From an uncultured Prevotellaceae bacterium (lineage in GTDB: Bacteria; Bacteroidota; Bacteroidia; Bacteroidales; Bacteroidaceae), in contig CACYNE010000008.1 of assembly GCA_902775605.1 (NCBI GenBank), positions 466 through 64,465 on the forward strand: a DNA stretch of 64,000 bases, given 5' to 3'. Of this stretch, positions 21,463 to 28,989 are shown piece by piece. Both the position numbers and the translations under genes were made by a program. The number at the start of each line of letters is the position of its first letter. Position 1 is the first letter of the stretch. The notes beneath the pieces were generated by a model. It did not search any database, was not told the origin of the DNA, and saw only the letters and a program-made list of their open reading frames with translations.

Positions 21463-21489
21463 TGCGTACGAGCCGTATAGAGGTAGCCG
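21463..21489 (-). repeat. 27-nt exact copy of an internal segment of the GH127 gene (20641-20667)
   Basis: TGCGTACGAGCCGTATAGAGGTAGCCG at both positions. Confidence 0.9.
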
Positions 21490-21508
21490 ACGTCTCAATT
21501 TGTTTTAT

Positions 21509-21783
21509 TTAAGAACAGAAATCATCGGGATATGGTTTATCAGCTGGCATTCTTCCATCTTTTAGTGCCTGATCAATCATCTCCATTGTCCTTCTAATAC
21601 TCTCTTGCATTTCTCGCATTTCCTCAGGAGTTTGAAATCCTCCTGTGGCCTTGTCAAGTTCTTCCTCAGACATTTCCACTACACCTGCTTCTACGAGCTC
21701 GTCGTAGATGGCCTTCATTCTTTTACTTTCTCTGCGAGCAGTTGCTTCTTCTGCTCAATCTGTTCGATTGTCATTTTTGCCAT
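21509..21783 (-). pseudogene. Double-glycine precursor P1 (type A leader), frameshifted
   Basis: MAKMTIEQIEQKKQLLAEKVKE*; 1 nt missing near 21719 relative to paralogues; continues MKAIYDELVEAG..ELDKATGG|FQTPEEM..DDFCS. Confidence 0.75.
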
Positions 21784-21827
21784 TTTTTTTATTTTTTTTG
21801 TTAACTTACGCAACGATGTTTTGTCGT

Positions 21828-22025
21828 TTATTGGAAAACCAACTTATGCTTTTTTATTGCATCCCAATATTTATCAGGATTAGGATTCCCACCTGCAGCC
21901 TCATTGAGGTCCTTCTCGTCAAGGGGCCATGCGCCGGCCTCCACGAGTTCGTCTTTCAGTTGCTTTACTTCTTCAGCCAGTTGCTTCAACTGCTGTTTTT
22001 TCTGCTCAATCTGTTCGTTAGTCAT
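21828..22025 (-). CDS. Double-glycine precursor P2 (type B), core NPNPDKYWDAIKKHKLVFQ
   Basis: Conserved leader ending WPLDEKDLNEAAGG. Confidence 0.88.
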   Translation of the reverse strand: MTNEQIEQKKQQLKQLAEEVKQLKDELVEAGAWPLDEKDLNEAAGGNPNPDKYWDAIKKHKLVFQ

Positions 22026-22066
22026 TGCTACAATGTTTTTTTAATAGATCATTTATTTTTTTCACG

Positions 22067-22261
22067 TTAGGGCATTTCAGCGAATTCCAATACCATCTTG
22101 CGCCAGTTCTCATCAGCAGTGCTTCCGCCAGCTACGTGATTGAGTTCTTCATCGGACATCTCGATAGCACCGGCCTCTACAAGTTCGTCGACGAGGGCTT
22201 TTATTTCCTTTGTTTTCTCTGCGAGCAGTTGTTTCTTCTGCTCAATTTGCTCTGCTGTCAT
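22067..22261 (-). CDS. Double-glycine precursor P3 (type A), core STADENWRKMVLEFAEMP
   Basis: Leader MTAEQIEQKK..IEMSDEELNHVAGG; start reassigned to ATG 22261 by alignment. Confidence 0.88.
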   Translation of the reverse strand: MTAEQIEQKKQLLAEKTKEIKALVDELVEAGAIEMSDEELNHVAGGSTADENWRKMVLEFAEMP

Positions 22262-22302
22262 AGTTCTTATAATGCTTTTTGTTTTAATGATTAATGAGTT
22301 TT

Positions 22303-22500
22303 CTAGAAGTTCCAAGCATCTAGATTTATTGGAGTCAACATTGCCCATAAATCAAGTGCTATACCACCAGTGGCTTTGTCCAAATGTTCTTCAGACAGTT
22401 CTAATGCGCCAGCCTCTACGAGTTCGTTGACGAGGGCTTGCATTTCATTTATTTTCTCTGCGAGCAGTTGTTTCTTCTGCTCAATTTGCTCTGTTGTCAT
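22303..22500 (-). CDS. Double-glycine precursor P4 (type A), core IALDLWAMLTPINLDAWNF
   Basis: Leader ending LELSEEHLDKATGG. Confidence 0.88.
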   Translation of the reverse strand: MTTEQIEQKKQLLAEKINEMQALVNELVEAGALELSEEHLDKATGGIALDLWAMLTPINLDAWNF

Positions 22501-22523
22501 AATATAAAAATGGTTTTAGAATC

Positions 22524-22745
22524 TTACATAAATTTGTGGGGGAACGGATTAAGATGTGGATTATGCTTATCTACAGGCCTTATGTCCGGTATATATAATC
22601 CTCCTGCTGCATCGTTAAGGTCTTTCTCGTCAAAGGGCCATGCTCCGGCTTCAACGAGTTCGTCCTTCAATTGCTTTACTTCTTCAGCCAGTTGCTTCAA
22701 CTGCTGCTTCTTCTGTTCTATCTGTTCGGTTGTTAATGTAGCCAT
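22524..22745 (-). CDS. Double-glycine precursor P5 (type B), core LYIPDIRPVDKHNPHLNPFPHKFM
   Basis: Leader ending WPFDEKDLNDAAGG. Confidence 0.88.
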   Translation of the reverse strand: MATLTTEQIEQKKQQLKQLAEEVKQLKDELVEAGAWPFDEKDLNDAAGGLYIPDIRPVDKHNPHLNPFPHKFM

Positions 22746-22758
22746 AATCTTAAAGTAT

Positions 22759-22944
22759 TTAAAAGAATTTTCTTTTTATGTCGCGGAACACGGGATAACC
22801 TCCAGCGGCTTCGTCAAGTTCGCTTTCAGACAATTCGATTGCACCTGCCTCTACGAGTTCGTCATAGATGGCCTTCATTTCCTTTGTTTTCTCTGCGAGC
22901 AGCTGTTTTTTCTGCTCTATCTGTTCGGTTGTTAATGATGCCAT
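22759..22944 (-). CDS. Double-glycine precursor P6 (type A), core YPVFRDIKRKFF
   Basis: Leader ending IELSESELDEAAGG. Confidence 0.88.
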   Translation of the reverse strand: MASLTTEQIEQKKQLLAEKTKEMKAIYDELVEAGAIELSESELDEAAGGYPVFRDIKRKFF

Positions 22945-22985
22945 GATGCTTAATATATTAATGGTGATTATTATGAGGAAGGAAA

Positions 22986-23222
22986 TTAAAGAAAGGTAGG
23001 ACCCTTCGGTCTCTCGGGTTTCGTTGGTTTCCTTGAATCCCAGAACTCTCCAGCGCCACCTTTCAGAATACTTCCAGCCTGAACGCCTCCAGCGGCTTCG
23101 TCAAGTTCGCTTTCATCAAGGGGCCATGCACCAGCCTCTACTAATTCGTCCTTCAACTGCTTTGCTTCTTCAGCCAACTGTTTCAGTTGCTGCTTTTTCT
23201 GCTCAATCTGTTCTGCTGTCAT
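22986..23222 (-). CDS. Double-glycine precursor P7 (type B), core VQAGSILKGGAGEFWDSRKPTKPERPKGPTFL
   Basis: Leader ending WPLDESELDEAAGG. Confidence 0.88.
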   Translation of the reverse strand: MTAEQIEQKKQQLKQLAEEAKQLKDELVEAGAWPLDESELDEAAGGVQAGSILKGGAGEFWDSRKPTKPERPKGPTFL

Positions 23223-23279
23223 AATCGTAAGTCTTTAATAATTCATTTTAAAATAAATGACCAAACTTCTGAAGTGCCT

Positions 23280-23450
23280 CTAATACACCAGGAAGAAGAC
23301 CCCCCCCCCTGTGCTCTTTTCTAGTTCTTCCTCAGACAATTCAATTGCACCTGCCTCTACGAGTTCGTCGTAGATGGCCTTCATTTCCTTTGTTTTTTCT
23401 ACGAGCAGTTGTTTCTTCTCTTGAATCTGCTCTGATGTTAATGTTGCCAT
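23280..23450 (-). CDS. Double-glycine precursor P8 (type A, 56 aa, absent from ORF track) with G10 tract at the GG site
   Basis: Manual translation MATLTSEQIQEKKQLLVEKTKEMKAIYDELVEAGAIELSEEELEKSTGG|GVFFLVY*. Confidence 0.85.
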   Translation of the reverse strand: MATLTSEQIQEKKQLLVEKTKEMKAIYDELVEAGAIELSEEELEKSTGGGVFFLVY

Positions 23451-23562
23451 AATACTTAAATTTTTTATTGTGATTATTAGGTGGATAGGGTTGCGCCTTC
23501 CCGTGACAGTTTACTCGTCGCCGTCCCATGTCGGGATTCAGCCGATGCCCGTCAGTCGGATT

Positions 23563-23748
23563 TCACATTAGTGGGCCCCACAGGTGCCAGTCTCGTATCC
23601 ATCCTCCAGCAACGTTCTCAAAGTCTTCTTCAGACAACTCTATCGCTCCGGCATCCACCAGTTCCTTGGTGAGGGCTTGCGCTTCTTCTGTCAACTGTTT
23701 CAATTGCTGCTTCTTCTGTTCAATCTGTTCTGCTGTCATTGTTGCCAT
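23563..23748 (-). CDS. Double-glycine precursor P9 (B/A hybrid leader), core WIRDWHLWGPLM
   Basis: KKQQLKQL front half, IELSEEDFENVAGG back half. Confidence 0.85.
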   Translation of the reverse strand: MATMTAEQIEQKKQQLKQLTEEAQALTKELVDAGAIELSEEDFENVAGGWIRDWHLWGPLM

Positions 23749-23784
23749 TATTGTATTGTTTTTAAATTGCGTTTATCTATATTA

Positions 23785-24024
23785 TCAGAGCAACCACCAC
23801 CGACCACGTTGCAAATTCTCCCAGTCTCTTTCGGCTTTTTCTAAACCTGGAGGTGTAACTCCACGCGGAACCTTCTTCCCTCCTGCTGCCTCGTTGAGGT
23901 CGTTGTTATCCAAGGGCCATGCTCCGGCTTCCACCAGCTCGTTTTTCAGTCCCATCACTTCTTCAGCCAGTTGCTTCAACTGCTGCTTCTTCTGTTCAAT
24001 CTGCTCTGCTGTTAATGTTGCCAT
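23785..24024 (-). CDS. Double-glycine precursor P10 (type B), core KKVPRGVTPPGLEKAERDWENLQRGRWWLL
   Basis: Leader ending WPLDNNDLNEAAGG. Confidence 0.88.
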   Translation of the reverse strand: MATLTAEQIEQKKQQLKQLAEEVMGLKNELVEAGAWPLDNNDLNEAAGGKKVPRGVTPPGLEKAERDWENLQRGRWWLL

Positions 24025-24057
24025 GATCTTAAAGTTTTTAATTTAATTGGTTATTTG

Positions 24058-24258
24058 TTATTCACTTTTTTCTTTTGATTGTTCCCCTGCTTGCCGCAGT
24101 TTTTCGCGCATCTCCATATTCTCGTTGATAAACTTCTCTAAATGGACGTTATTATCACTGACGCGCCACCTATAATATATTAAGGTGAACACCAGGCCGA
24201 GGACCACCATGACGATGGCTACTCCCAAGGCTACTGAAATGACAAATGATACTTCCAT
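24058..24258 (-). CDS. Small single-TM membrane protein (66 aa), first gene of the precursor operon
   Basis: Hydrophobic stretch VSFVISVALGVAIVMVVLGLVFTLIYY then a charged helix; lies downstream of the -7 box at 24285-24292. Confidence 0.7.
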   Translation of the reverse strand: MEVSFVISVALGVAIVMVVLGLVFTLIYYRWRVSDNNVHLEKFINENMEMREKLRQAGEQSKEKSE

Positions 24259-24284
24259 GTTGTTTTGTTGTTTGATTTCGGATG

Positions 24285-24351
24285 CAAAGTTACGGAGAGT
24301 TGGCAAAACAAGTGTCCCACTATAGGAAAACCATGTCCCAAATCAGGAAAA
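24285..24351 (-). promoter_or_regulatory. Promoter with tandem 21-bp-period operator repeats
   Basis: TAACTTTG box (24285-24292); TGTCCCA..GGAAAA at 24313 and 24334. Confidence 0.8.
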
Positions 24352-24353
24352 TC

Positions 24354-26066
24354 TTACGAATTCTCTGATTTTTTGGCGTTTGTCACCTGACGATACTCTG
24401 TGCATGTCATGCCGTAGGCATTACGGAAGAGGCGTGCCAGGGTAGAACGGCTGGGTATGCCCGACAACTCGCCGATAACGGCAATGGAATCGTCGGTGGC
24501 CTTCAGCAGACGGGCAACATGCTCCAGACGGTAGCGGGTGATGAAGTCATTGACTGTTTCGCCGTGTGAACACTCGCGGATAGCCTGCTCAACATACTTC
24601 GCGTTAGTGGCGAGCATCTGGGCAAGTGTATCGCGGTTCAGCGTCTCGTCGGTATAAGGTTTTTGCTCGGCCATGAGGTCACAGATGCGGCGGAAAAGCT
24701 GTTGCTCAGTAGTGAGACGTTCCTCGGGCTCTGCCTTCAACTGCTCGATGGCCTGCTGCTCCTCCTGTTCACGCTGTTCTATCTCGGCCACCAAGCGACG
24801 GTTCTTTTCAAGGAGCACCTTGTTATATCTGGCAGTTCGCCAGAACAGGTAACCTATGAGCAGGCTGATGAGTGCGGCAGCAATGGCGAGGATGCGATAG
24901 ATAGTGGACTTGGTCTCTTCGTCCTTCAGCAGCATCTCTTTCTCCTGCGTCTTCATCTGCTGGGCATACTTCAGTGTCTCTGCCTGACGCTCGCGCTGCA
25001 CCAGACTGTCTGTCAATACTATATTGCGCAAGAGTTGCTCGTATGCCTCATGACTCTTTCCAATCTTGTCTAAGCCCATAGCGTAGGTTTTCAACCACGA
25101 TGCATAATCTATGGAGATGGTATCCATACGCTCTTTGTAGTAGGGCTCCAAGACTGCACAGATTTGGCTGATGCGCTGGCTGCTTCCGGAGAGAATATAA
25201 TAACTCAGAATGTCGCTCTGATGATCTGGGAGCTGACTGCATGGGAGATTCTCGAAAAGCTGTGCACTATGGCTGGCAGCAGCTTTGTCACCCAGCTGGT
25301 ACTGGCAGTAGGCCATAATGCTATAGATATATGCACGCTGTTGGTCAACAAAGCCAGCTGGCGCGGTGGTATATTCTTTCTCGATACGGTCAATCACTGG
25401 CAAACGCTCCTCAGTGAGTTTCAAAGCGCGGGCAAAGTCCCCATGGTTAATGGCATGACGCGCCACGCTGCCAAGATAGGCTGAGAACATCGGCATGGCT
25501 TGGATGTTGGTGCTACCACGGAACAGATCCAGCGAGCGGTCTAGATACTCGACGCCGCTGCCGGTCTGCACCTTTTCCATCGTCTCTCCCGCTTCAAAAT
25601 AGAACATGGCCTCCTCGCCATTCCAGCCATACTCATGTGCTATCTTTGCACCCTCGATGGCATAGCTGATGGCATCCTGGTATGTCTTTGAATCTTTGTT
25701 GCCGATAGAAGTCAACAGATGGTAGGTTCTGACGCGCTGCAGACTGTCTGGTGCCTGGTCCTGATTGTTCAGAATGGCCATACAATACTCGCGTGCTTTA
25801 TCAATATCTTCCTTTGAGCCTTTCACTAAATAAATCTGGGCTCGCATCCAGTTGGCATAGTTTGCGTCGGCTACCCCCTTCATCTGGGCAGTGTCCACCA
25901 GTCCGAGGGCATGCTCTGGCTGTACCATTATTGACTGGCGGATGTACTCCCATGTATAGATACTATCGGCCTCGGAGCCCTGCTCCGTATTACCATGATT
26001 TGTGCACCCTACCATCAGAGACAGTAAGGTGCACAGTATGAACACACTCTTTTTAATCATTTTCAT
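24354..26066 (-). CDS. Membrane-anchored AraC-family regulator with helical (TPR-like) extracytoplasmic sensor
   Basis: N-terminal signal ending LMVGC, long helical region, TM ILAIAAALISLLIGYLFW, C-terminal HTH (LAQMLATNAKY..RYRLEHVARLL..LFRNAYGMTCTEYR). Confidence 0.88.
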   Translation of the reverse strand: MKMIKKSVFILCTLLSLMVGCTNHGNTEQGSEADSIYTWEYIRQSIMVQPEHALGLVDTAQMKGVADANYANWMRAQIYLVKGSKEDIDKAREYCMAILNNQDQAPDSLQRVRTYHLLTSIGNKDSKTYQDAISYAIEGAKIAHEYGWNGEEAMFYFEAGETMEKVQTGSGVEYLDRSLDLFRGSTNIQAMPMFSAYLGSVARHAINHGDFARALKLTEERLPVIDRIEKEYTTAPAGFVDQQRAYIYSIMAYCQYQLGDKAAASHSAQLFENLPCSQLPDHQSDILSYYILSGSSQRISQICAVLEPYYKERMDTISIDYASWLKTYAMGLDKIGKSHEAYEQLLRNIVLTDSLVQRERQAETLKYAQQMKTQEKEMLLKDEETKSTIYRILAIAAALISLLIGYLFWRTARYNKVLLEKNRRLVAEIEQREQEEQQAIEQLKAEPEERLTTEQQLFRRICDLMAEQKPYTDETLNRDTLAQMLATNAKYVEQAIRECSHGETVNDFITRYRLEHVARLLKATDDSIAVIGELSGIPSRSTLARLFRNAYGMTCTEYRQVTNAKKSENS

Positions 26067-26070
26067 TAGT

Positions 26071-26103
26071 TCACTTCTTTTTCTCAATCTGTTCGTTAGT
26101 CAT
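26071..26103 (-). pseudogene. Truncated precursor-leader relic MTNEQIEKKK*
   Basis: ATGACTAACGAACAGATTGAG identical to the P2 start; stop 4 nt before the regulator ATG. Confidence 0.7.
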
Positions 26104-26114
26104 AATTATAGAGT

Positions 26115-26321
26115 CTAAAAAAAGTTTTTCGTATATTGTTCTAATATATTCCCAATGATGGGAGGTATTCCTTTGCTTCCAGCAGCCTCGTCAAGGTCAT
26201 TTTCGTTAAGGGGCCATACTCCAGCCTCTACGAGTTCATCGTAGATAGCCTTTATTTCCTTTACTTTCTCTGCGAGCAGTTGTTTCTTTTGCTCAATCTG
26301 TTCGTTAGTCATTGTTGCCAT
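26115..26321 (-). CDS. Precursor P11 (A/B hybrid leader, GS site), core KGIPPIIGNILEQYTKNFF
   Basis: KKQLLAEK front half, WPLNENDLDEAAGS back half. Confidence 0.85.
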   Translation of the reverse strand: MATMTNEQIEQKKQLLAEKVKEIKAIYDELVEAGVWPLNENDLDEAAGSKGIPPIIGNILEQYTKNFF

Positions 26322-26352
26322 AATACTTATTGCTTTATTTTTTTTCGTTAAA

Positions 26353-28341
26353 TTACCATATCTTTACGCGGTCCTCGGGCTTGAGGTACAGTTTGTCCGT
26401 GGGCTGCACGTCGTAGAGACGGTACCAGTCATCAAAGAGGCGGACGATGCCGTTAACGCGGTTGTGACCTGCGGAGTGTACATCACCGGTGAGCATTTCC
26501 GCCAGTGCATCCACGCTACGTTCGCTGTCCGTGAGAGCGACGGGAAGTCCATATGCGAGCCAGAACTTCTTAAGCTGGGCGTCGAACTGTTCCCCAGTGA
26601 AACCCTGCTGGCGCAAACGGGCACTATAAGCCTCGATGGCCAGTGTGACGCCACCATAGTCGGCCATGTTCTCGGGGAGGGTCTTCTGTCCGTCGGCCGG
26701 TTGTCCGGGATATTGCTCCAGTTGGTTCCAGAGGGCAACGAGCTGTTGTTGTTTGGCCTGGAAGGCCTCCTTGTCGGCAGCTGTCCACCAGTCGCGTTTG
26801 GATCCCATCTCGTCGTATTGCGAGCCGGCGGCATCAAATCCGTGGCACATCTCATGGCCAAAGACCGCAGCAGTACCGTAGAGCGTTGCCTCGCTCAGGG
26901 AGGTGTCGAAAATAGGAGTAATCAGGAACGCAGGAAGGATGACCAGCTGGTTACTATTCGGAGAGTATGTGGCATTAAAGGTTGTGAAGGATGTGTAAGT
27001 ACACCAGAAGTCCCAGCCGTTGGTGGTGATGCTCTTCCCTACCATCTTGCGGATAGCGGCCGTCTGATGGCGGCGCAGGCTGCCGACGGCCTCGAGCAGC
27101 GTGTTCCCCTCGATGATGGGGGTCATTTCGTCGTTCCACTCGTCAGGATAGCCGATGAAAAAGAGCATACTGTCCAGTTTCTTCCGGGCGGCCAGCTTCG
27201 TTGTTGTACTCATCCACTCAAGGCCGTCAATGCGCTCGCGGAATATGCTGCGGAATTCCTCCATGATTTCTGCACAGCGCTCCTTATGGATGTTCTGCGG
27301 GCCAAATGCTTCTACCTGAAGGTGAAACATATGGTATTTGGCATGGAGCATGGCATACCTCATGCGGATGATACTTTGTAACGAAGGCGAAAGCGTGTGG
27401 ATATAAAACATGTCAGAGGTGAAGACGTAGGCTATCAGGTAGTCGCGCATCTTGGCCACACTCTCTTCGCTGCCCTCCAGCAGCATGCCCATCAGCTGCT
27501 CCATGGCCTCGCTTTCTTCCTCATCGTCGATGTCCTGCATCTGGTCGGCCAGGTCGCCGATGCCCATCAGCTGACATACCTGACGGCACGCTGTAGAGGC
27601 ACCGCGGGTCTCAGCCCGGGTCACCGGAGCCTGCGGGCGGAGCATCCTGTTGAACCCCCTGTCGTAGGCCAGCATCTCTATTTTTTCTACGGCCAGTGCG
27701 TTCGCCACTATCTCCGCGATGCGCTCTTTGCTGATGTCCAGCTTGGCCAGCCAGCTGCAACCGGCCGACAAGTTGTTGGCCAGCATCTCCTCGTTTTTCC
27801 TGTTGAAGGCATCTATAACGACAAGGGACGGCAACTCGGACGTTAAATAAGGACCCATCATTCTTTGCTCGGCGAAGGCCACCAGGCGCACGACAGGACT
27901 GTAACCCCACTGGTGCAGCTGCGCGAAGGCCTCCAGCAGTTCCTCTTGCGTCGTAATGGCCGATAGGCGGTCTATGCGTTCCTTCAGCAATGCCATGTCG
28001 GCGGCATCGTCGGTCTCGCCTGCTGTTGCCAACTGTCTGAGGGTCACAATGGCCGGGTCGTCGGAGTTAGCCAACACCTCTGCCTCTATCCCTGACAGTT
28101 TCTGCATAGTAATAGTCGACATTGCCTGTAGTTGGTTGTCGGCAAGCCACTTGCCATACTGATACCTGAAGAAGTCATCGCCAGGACGAACTGATGTGTC
28201 GATGTACTGGTCGTAGTTGAACGGCTTGTCGTCGGTCACCACCACGGGCACGGGATTGTCGTTGTCGTCGGTACACGATGTTAGCACCGTCATGGTCATC
28301 ATCAGCGTTAAGGCCGCTGCCAGCATTAAAATCTTTTTCAT
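26353..28341 (-). CDS. M13 (PepO/neprilysin-like) zinc endopeptidase lipoprotein
   Basis: Lipobox LTSC followed by TDDNDN; RPGDDFF, NATY, HEMCHGFD, ENMADYGG. Confidence 0.92.
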   Translation of the reverse strand: MKKILMLAAALTLMMTMTVLTSCTDDNDNPVPVVVTDDKPFNYDQYIDTSVRPGDDFFRYQYGKWLADNQLQAMSTITMQKLSGIEAEVLANSDDPAIVTLRQLATAGETDDAADMALLKERIDRLSAITTQEELLEAFAQLHQWGYSPVVRLVAFAEQRMMGPYLTSELPSLVVIDAFNRKNEEMLANNLSAGCSWLAKLDISKERIAEIVANALAVEKIEMLAYDRGFNRMLRPQAPVTRAETRGASTACRQVCQLMGIGDLADQMQDIDDEEESEAMEQLMGMLLEGSEESVAKMRDYLIAYVFTSDMFYIHTLSPSLQSIIRMRYAMLHAKYHMFHLQVEAFGPQNIHKERCAEIMEEFRSIFRERIDGLEWMSTTTKLAARKKLDSMLFFIGYPDEWNDEMTPIIEGNTLLEAVGSLRRHQTAAIRKMVGKSITTNGWDFWCTYTSFTTFNATYSPNSNQLVILPAFLITPIFDTSLSEATLYGTAAVFGHEMCHGFDAAGSQYDEMGSKRDWWTAADKEAFQAKQQQLVALWNQLEQYPGQPADGQKTLPENMADYGGVTLAIEAYSARLRQQGFTGEQFDAQLKKFWLAYGLPVALTDSERSVDALAEMLTGDVHSAGHNRVNGIVRLFDDWYRLYDVQPTDKLYLKPEDRVKIW

Positions 28342-28362
28342 CTTTCAGTATTTCTTGATATA

Positions 28363-28953
28363 TTATTCAATTTTGCCGGTACTGATCTGGTTTCCGTCCT
28401 TGTCGAAGGTGTAGGTCTTGTTCAGCACGCCGCCGCGACGCTCCCATGCCTCGGTATATGCAGCCAGTTTATCGCCGCTGGTGCTGGCGTGGGTGGAGGC
28501 AGAGCCCGTGAAATCGACGGTCTTTCCCCAGGCTTTCTCGGCTTTGGTGGTGATGCCCTCGATGTAGAGCAGGTTGCTGACGGGATAGATATTGCTGATG
28601 CGGACGCCTTCGAGCTGGGCATCCTCCTTCACCTTCACGCTGACCTTCAAGCCGAAGGTAGCGGGGAACTGGGTGCTGCTCACGCCTTTCATCCACGTGG
28701 CCGTGCCGTCTTTCGTTGTCCACGTGGCCTGTTCGGTCGTCAGCTCACCGTTGATGCCGTAGTAGGTCATGGTATAGTCGCACAACTGCGCCATCTGCTC
28801 GTCTACACTGAAGAGATAGCGTGCAGCGATGCCCTTGATTTCCGTCGTGTTAGGCGTGTTGTTTTCGTCATCGTCGCTTCCGCAGGCGGTGAATACTGTC
28901 GTTGTCATTGCGCAGCAAAGGACGGCTGCGAGCGTTATCAAAAATTTCTTCAT
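28363..28953 (-). CDS. Hypothetical surface lipoprotein
   Basis: Lipobox FTAC followed by GSDDDEN. Confidence 0.8.
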   Translation of the reverse strand: MKKFLITLAAVLCCAMTTTVFTACGSDDDENNTPNTTEIKGIAARYLFSVDEQMAQLCDYTMTYYGINGELTTEQATWTTKDGTATWMKGVSSTQFPATFGLKVSVKVKEDAQLEGVRISNIYPVSNLLYIEGITTKAEKAWGKTVDFTGSASTHASTSGDKLAAYTEAWERRGGVLNKTYTFDKDGNQISTGKIE

Positions 28954-28989
28954 TGTTGATAGAATTTAATATTATTACCTAGTTATATA

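Noticed and set aside
23341-23529. 62-aa minus-strand ORF from the track
   Set aside because: Overlaps P8 in another frame; P8 matches the leader family
21509-24024. CRISPR-like repeat/spacer pattern
   Set aside because: The repeats are about 140-nt coding leaders with codon-level variation, and no cas genes are present
21509-26321. Lanthipeptide, azole-containing RiPP or diversity-generating retroelement locus
   Set aside because: No LanB/C/M, YcaO, radical SAM or reverse transcriptase in the window; cores nearly lack Cys and are not adenine variants of one template
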